Source: Octopus bimaculoides (lineage: Eukaryota). Taken from it: a DNA stretch of 38,705 bases. Below the pieces are notes generated by a model. That model was given only the letters and a program-made list of their open reading frames with translations. It searched no databases and was not told the DNA's origin. Shown one piece after another: positions 36,784 through 38,705 of the stretch; positions within the stretch are counted from its first letter, which is position 1; each line of letters starts with the position of its first letter. A program made the translations under genes and the position numbers. Location: the NCBI RefSeq assembly GCF_001194135.2, contig NC_068984.1, forward strand, positions 124,448,735 through 124,487,439, written 5' to 3'.

Positions 36784-36938
36784 GGCGCAGGAGTGGCTGT
36801 GTGGTAAGTAGCTTGCTTACTAACCACATGGTTCCGGGTTCCGTCCCACTGCGTGGCACCTTGGGCAAGTGTCTTCTACTATAGCCTCGGGCCGACCAAA
36901 GCCTTGTGAGTGGATTTGGTAGACGGAAACTGAAAGAA
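36784..36938 (+). mobile_element. SINE family B (CORE-like) head and core, 3'-truncated
   Basis: GGCGCAGGAGTGGCTGTGTGGTAAG (A-box), GGTTCCGTCCC (B-box), CCTTGGGCAAGTGTCTTCTACTATAGCC (CORE-like). Confidence 0.9.
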
Positions 36939-37237
36939 TGATGATGAAGTACGAAATAGCCCGGCTATGGAAAATGAAGGTGAAGAAGGTGCCAATTATT
37001 GTTGAAGCCTTGGGAACAGTATCAGAAGGCATCAAGCGGAATATAAAGGAAATTGGAATAGAGTGCCCAGTAGAATTGCTAAAAAAGTTTTGCCTCTTTG
37101 ACATGGCCAGAATGATTAGGAAATTATTAAATAGCTGAAAGAAACGAATAGCATGGTACCGTAGGCTGCAAGCAGTAAGTCCGCTACACATGTAAGACTC
37201 CAGGAGTTCCAACGAAACCTGTGATAAAGAGAAAATA
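36939..37237 (+). mobile_element. Third R4/Dong-like subfamily, 3' end
   Basis: KYEIARLWKMKVKKVPIIVEALGTVSEGIKRNIKEIGIECPVELLKKFCLFDMARMIRKLLNS*, then a 3'UTR ending AAAATAAT. Confidence 0.8.
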
Positions 37238-37439
37238 ATCCTTTCTACTATAGGCAGAAGGTCCTCAGAGAGAAACACATCTTTCCTATCCTTTCACTCC
37301 AGTTTACAGGTGCAAGCACAGAGTAAGCTCACTCACTCGAGCCTTCCTCACCACATTCACTCACCTGTCAGCAAATTTATTACTTCTAAGAATAATACTT
37401 TTTTTTGGCATCTCTCTTTAAACGTCCCTTCACAAAATG

Positions 37440-37680
37440 TGGCCACTGTGTAATAACTGCTTCAAATTTTTGCTCTAGACCAGCAATTTCGGAGGCAGAA
37501 GGCAAGTCAATTACATCGGCCCCAGTACTCAAGTGGTACTTATATTCTCGACCCAGAAAGAACAAAAGGCAAAGTTGACCTGCGCTGAATTTGAACTCAG
37601 AACGTAAAGACGGACGAAATGCCGCTAAGCAGTTTCCTCGGTGAGTGAACAATTCTGCCAGCTCACCATCTTAGCCACTA
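37440..37680 (-). mobile_element. SINE family A
   Basis: Plus strand shows GGCAAAGTTGACC...GAATTTGAACTCAGAACGTAAAGACGGACGAAATGCCGCTAAGC...TTCTGCCAGCTC. Confidence 0.85.
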
Positions 37681-37734
37681 TGTAATAAACCTTTCTGCTA
37701 TTGACACAAAGACTGAAACTTAGGGGAAGTCGGC

Positions 37735-37801
<67 letters not shown>

Positions 37802-37834
37802 GGTAGTGGTGGTAGTAGTAGTACTAGTAGTAGT

Positions 37835-38074
37835 AACGTTCTTTCCCGAGTCATATAGACCCATAGGGCCGGTTTCCCGGTTTCCATGGCGTATGTATTC
37901 CCTACATGGACGGGACGCCGATCCGTCGTAGGAATATTCATTTTTGCCAGCTGAATAGACTGCAGCAACACGAAATGAAGTATTTTGCTCAAGAACACAA
38001 CGCTTCGCCTGGTCCAGGAATTGGAACCACAGTAATGAGTCCAACATGCTAACCATTAAGCCACATGCCTCCAT
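37835..38074 (-). mobile_element. SINE family C variant with an (ACT)n tail (37738-37834)
   Basis: Minus: GGAGGCATGTGGCTTAATGGTTAGC...GTTCCAATTCC...GTGTTCTTGAGCAAAATACTTCATTTC...CAGCTGGCAAAAATG...GGCGTCCCGTCC. Confidence 0.8.
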
Positions 38075-38255
38075 GGAGGTGGTAAGTTGATTACATCGAC
38101 CCCAGTGCTCAACTGCTACTTATTTTATCGACTCCGAAAGGATGAAAGACAAAGTCAACCTCGGCGGAATTTGAACTCAGATCGTGAAGACGGACAGAAC
38201 GCCCGTAAGCATTTCGCCCGGCGTGCTAACGATTCTGCCAGATCACCGCCTTGGC
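38075..38255 (-). mobile_element. SINE family A
   Basis: Reverse-complement match to the family A head and core. Confidence 0.85.
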
Positions 38256-38705
38256 CTCTGTAATAAGGAAACGAAGACGAAGAGAAGTATGCAGCTAGTT
38301 GAATAGTCTCAAACCCCTTTCTATCGCGCTCTGCTGTCTTGAAAATGAATGGCGCATTTGACAATGTCCTAGATGAATTACGTATGAATAGAAGAGAAGA
38401 TGGTCTCAGTAGCAATACCTTTAATCATAACACTACTCGATTAGATGTAACCTTGGGTTAAACAACAAAGGAAAACCGGAACAAAACAACAACAGTAACA
38501 AACCCACTTTTAGATCTTTATAATTCGTATGAAACTCTTAGAATATTAATATTACTCAGGTTTATTAAACAAAACCACAATTAATGAAAAACAGAAACAA
38601 AAAAGAGTGGAGGTCTTTGTTCTCTCGTTCAAGTTAACGGGAAAACATGAATAAATGTACAAAATGGAAATTAGATATACATACATACATATATATATAT
38701 ATATA

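Noticed and set aside
38306-38461. Plus-strand frame ...MNGAFDNVLDELRMNRREDG...DVTLG*
   Set aside because: It is short, has a poor acceptor and shows no recognisable homology. It cannot be distinguished from chance.

Overview
Eukaryotic, AT-rich, microsatellite-dense genomic DNA with many N-gaps. The SINE families and repeat landscape look like an Octopus genome (recalled similarity, not searched). Almost all entries in the supplied ORF track are artefacts of microsatellites or N-runs. The supportable content is mostly mobile DNA. There are many tRNA-derived SINEs from at least three families. There are degenerate LINE fragments: RTE, CR1, Tx1/L1-like, and several R4/Dong-like restriction-endonuclease (RLE) elements. 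There is also a decayed mariner transposase, two MITE-like foldbacks, a Tigger-like end and a Penelope-like terminus with a broken hammerhead core. A minus-strand host gene with small exons probably runs from about 34.6 kb leftwards, but I cannot name its product. The best observations are: (1) an RTE insertion with a twin-priming-type 5' inversion and a 9-bp TSD; (2) a 3'UTR motif CCCWAGG-N13/14-CTCGG shared by four divergent R4/Dong-like copies, several of which sit in (TAA)n tracts; (3) a 48-nt exon that starts with a perfect donor site (recursive-splice-exon architecture), plus nearby microexon candidates. I found no clearly new multi-gene system.
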